From positions 79,534 to 143,533 of the forward strand of contig JBLMZI010000005.1 in assembly GCA_050258755.1 (NCBI GenBank): 64,000 nucleotides of DNA, given 5' to 3'. Positions 61,987 to 64,000 of the stretch are shown one piece after another. The position numbers and the translations under genes were made by a program. The notes below the pieces were generated by a model. The model was not told the DNA's origin. It saw only the letters and a list, made by a program, of their open reading frames with translations, and did not search any database. The stretch's first letter is position 1; each line of letters opens with the position of its first letter. The stretch comes from Solirubrobacterales bacterium. GTDB lineage: Bacteria > Bacillota > Syntrophomonadia > Syntrophomonadales > DTU052.

Positions 61987-64000
61987 ATGCAGCGATCGTC
62001 ATATAAGAAAGCGGAAATCGTCTGGATCGATGACGTCTTCGGCCTTGAGGAAATGACCCGCCGCCTGGATTCCGGCATCAATTTCTGGGAAGAGATGTTC
62101 GGCGCTCCGGAAAAAATCTACCGCCTGATGAACATAAAAATCAAACTGATCACCAATTACAGCGATGCGATCAGCTACATCAACTCCTTGTCCCAAAATC
62201 GTTCAACGTATTACTATTTCATCGTCGACTTGACCCTCCCTAAAAACCTCGATGATTTACGAAAGAAGGAAGCCTATCCGTCCTACGGCAAAAAGATTGG
62301 CAAAAAACTTGTGGACAAGGGTTTCGCGTTTTCATTTCTGACCAGCGCCAGCGAATTGGGATCACTCCGGGCTGAAGAAAAGGATCTGTTACTGGCCGAT
62401 TTTCACATCAAGGAATACCACAAAAGCCTATCCCTGCCGGATTCTCTGAAAAACAAATTATTGTTCCACCTGCAGTCACATATCAACTGGATCAACATCA
62501 AAGAGAATTTTTTCACCAAAATCAGTGAATCGTCTAACATCAGCAATAACCAGGAAGAGGCTTTTGAGTACTTCCCGTATCTCGACGCATACAAGGATTT
62601 TGTTAATATTGCCGAATTCAACGAGTTGGACTTGAGCCATCCGATCTTTATCAAGAGCCATCTCTTCAACAACAAATACTATGAGCAGCAGTGCGTGCTT
62701 CTGCTGTTGTCCGAAACGTTCCATGTCAACCGGTACCGGAAACTGGACGTGCATTATATCGACTTATCGTTAAGCGATCCCGGTGAAAGCGATATCCGGA
62801 TGAACGAGTTCTATGCCCAATTCAAGGACAAAATTGACAAAGACGTCATCTGGATCATCAAGCTGGCCTTGCTCGACAAGAAACACTTCAAGCAGCTGCA
62901 GGAAACGCTGAGAAACCAGAAATGCATTTTCATCGTGAACGACGAAGAATATGAAAGCTATCTTGAACAGGTGAACTCCAGCTACGGACTGTCCGAGCTG
63001 CCGTACTTCAAAGACGATGACTACATCCAGAAAAAGAACCTGCTGGACCACATTCTTAACCTAAAAATCGAGGAAAAACTGGCCGACCGTGAGATTGAGG
63101 TCGCGTCCATTTACCAGGAGCACCCGGAACTGCTGATGGATGTTCAGGCTTATATCGCCTTAATCAATCCCGCATTCGGGATTCAGGAGCTGTCAGACTC
63201 GTATGAAATGGTCGAGTGGGTGGTCAAGCTGTTTAATCGGCTCGAGAAAGAGATCGTGGTCAACATGGTCCACAACCGGCCGATTTCCTATGACAAACTG
63301 ATCGGGAAAGAAATCCTGGAAAATTTGCAGAAGGCGCATTTGCAGCGGATAAAGGAAGAAAGCGCGGCTTACTGGCTGAAGACGTCCTGGGGTTTTCCGC
63401 ATGGGGTCTCGATTGATAAATACGGGCTTTCAACCGAGGCGAATGATGCGTGGGAAATGAACTCGCTGCGGATTTTATCCCATCTGCTGACTGATCTGGA
63501 CGGTACCCGGAATGAGACCCTGCGCAACCTGAAAGAGATTTTCCGCCATGAATACATTCGGACGATTGTCGATGAAAAGGACCGCCGGAAAGTCTCCAAA
63601 GAGGTCGACACCATGATCAAATGGCCGCACCGTGAATACCCGATGCCGTCGATCCTGCATAAGAAGTTTGAAGAAGACAATAAACACCTGTGGTTTAACC
63701 ATACCAAGCTGAACTATGTGAGCTACTCCCGGAAACTATCGCTGTATTTCCGTCAGCTCGACCTTTACCTGGACTATTACGACATTGTCCTGGAGTTCAT
63801 CCACAATACCTACCAGATGCTCCCCAGGATTTCACATCGGTTTATTGAAATGGCGCTTGGCGACATCACTGAGAAGAAGTTCTCCGCGAAAGACAGTGAG
63901 TTCAAGGAGGAGTTCAAGAAATACCTGTACGGCATGCTGAGTATCTCTCTGATTTTTACCGAAATAATCGAGAAAAACGAAATATCGGATATCGAGTTTT
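61987..64000 (+). CDS. Receiver-domain protein with large unknown output region (partial, continues beyond the window)
   Basis: Not in the ORF track because it has no stop. I translated it by hand: 671 codons with no stop. ATG lies 1 nt after the upstream TAA. N-terminus EIVWIDDV...YYYFIVDLTLP (Asp81, nt 62227)...FSFLTSAS...FHIKEY is a complete receiver signature. The rest has no recognised motifs. Confidence 0.7.
   Translation, partial: MQRSSYKKAEIVWIDDVFGLEEMTRRLDSGINFWEEMFGAPEKIYRLMNIKIKLITNYSDAISYINSLSQNRSTYYYFIVDLTLPKNLDDLRKKEAYPSYGKKIGKKLVDKGFAFSFLTSASELGSLRAEEKDLLLADFHIKEYHKSLSLPDSLKNKLLFHLQSHINWINIKENFFTKISESSNISNNQEEAFEYFPYLDAYKDFVNIAEFNELDLSHPIFIKSHLFNNKYYEQQCVLLLLSETFHVNRYRKLDVHYIDLSLSDPGESDIRMNEFYAQFKDKIDKDVIWIIKLALLDKKHFKQLQETLRNQKCIFIVNDEEYESYLEQVNSSYGLSELPYFKDDDYIQKKNLLDHILNLKIEEKLADREIEVASIYQEHPELLMDVQAYIALINPAFGIQELSDSYEMVEWVVKLFNRLEKEIVVNMVHNRPISYDKLIGKEILENLQKAHLQRIKEESAAYWLKTSWGFPHGVSIDKYGLSTEANDAWEMNSLRILSHLLTDLDGTRNETLRNLKEIFRHEYIRTIVDEKDRRKVSKEVDTMIKWPHREYPMPSILHKKFEEDNKHLWFNHTKLNYVSYSRKLSLYFRQLDLYLDYYDIVLEFIHNTYQMLPRISHRFIEMALGDITEKKFSAKDSEFKEEFKKYLYGMLSISLIFTEIIEKNEISDIEF

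Overview
This 64-kb chromosomal window looks like a Gram-positive, Clostridia-type anaerobe (Peptococcaceae or Desulfotomaculum-like). That guess rests on gene content only: copper-amine-oxidase-N 'stalk' envelope proteins, a RACo-like corrinoid activase, a type A RNase P RNA and a TrmK-Nif3 pair.

Most of the window is densely packed backbone:
- two PAS histidine kinases
- HD-GYP, HU and rnpB
- MobB plus a RACo-like protein
- DUF1015, HisJ, a CaCA exchanger, RidA, MFS, YlbF, PrsA-like, Mrp
- an SdpR/SdpI-like pair and a SufC/SufBD-like pair
- LysR, a PLP decarboxylase plus SpeE
- an ECF sigma module and TetR
- two tRNA operons (Asp-Phe-Gly and Cys-Leu)

Two segments look accessory.

1. An ~8.7-kb integrative element sits in the 3' part of tRNA-Leu(TAA), bounded by perfect 67-bp direct repeats (25835..25901 and 34493..34559). 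It carries a tyrosine integrase, a membrane-anchored Mrr-like nuclease, a prim-pol/P4-type primase-helicase followed by an iteron-bearing non-coding stretch, and a translationally coupled C5-methyltransferase / Eco29kI-like GIY-YIG endonuclease / Vsr operon.

2. From ~55.2 kb to the window end lies a more AT-rich block of three very large ORFs with no housekeeping identity:
- an 895-aa protein with a CorA-like C-terminal two-TM hairpin and DHH/MYG1-like N-terminal motifs
- divergent from it, a 1248-aa soluble kinase-like protein (H-box-like LHSIKG, GHKL ATPase motifs, receiver domain, extra C-terminal domain)
- translationally coupled to that, a protein of more than 670 aa that starts with a complete receiver domain and runs off the window

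I rate this block as the best candidate for an undescribed signalling or defence system. It resembles Detocs-type defensive two-component systems and CorA-type membrane effectors in logic, but not in detail.

No CRISPR array, rRNA or transposase was seen. All domain calls come from motif reading by eye. No searches or computations were run.
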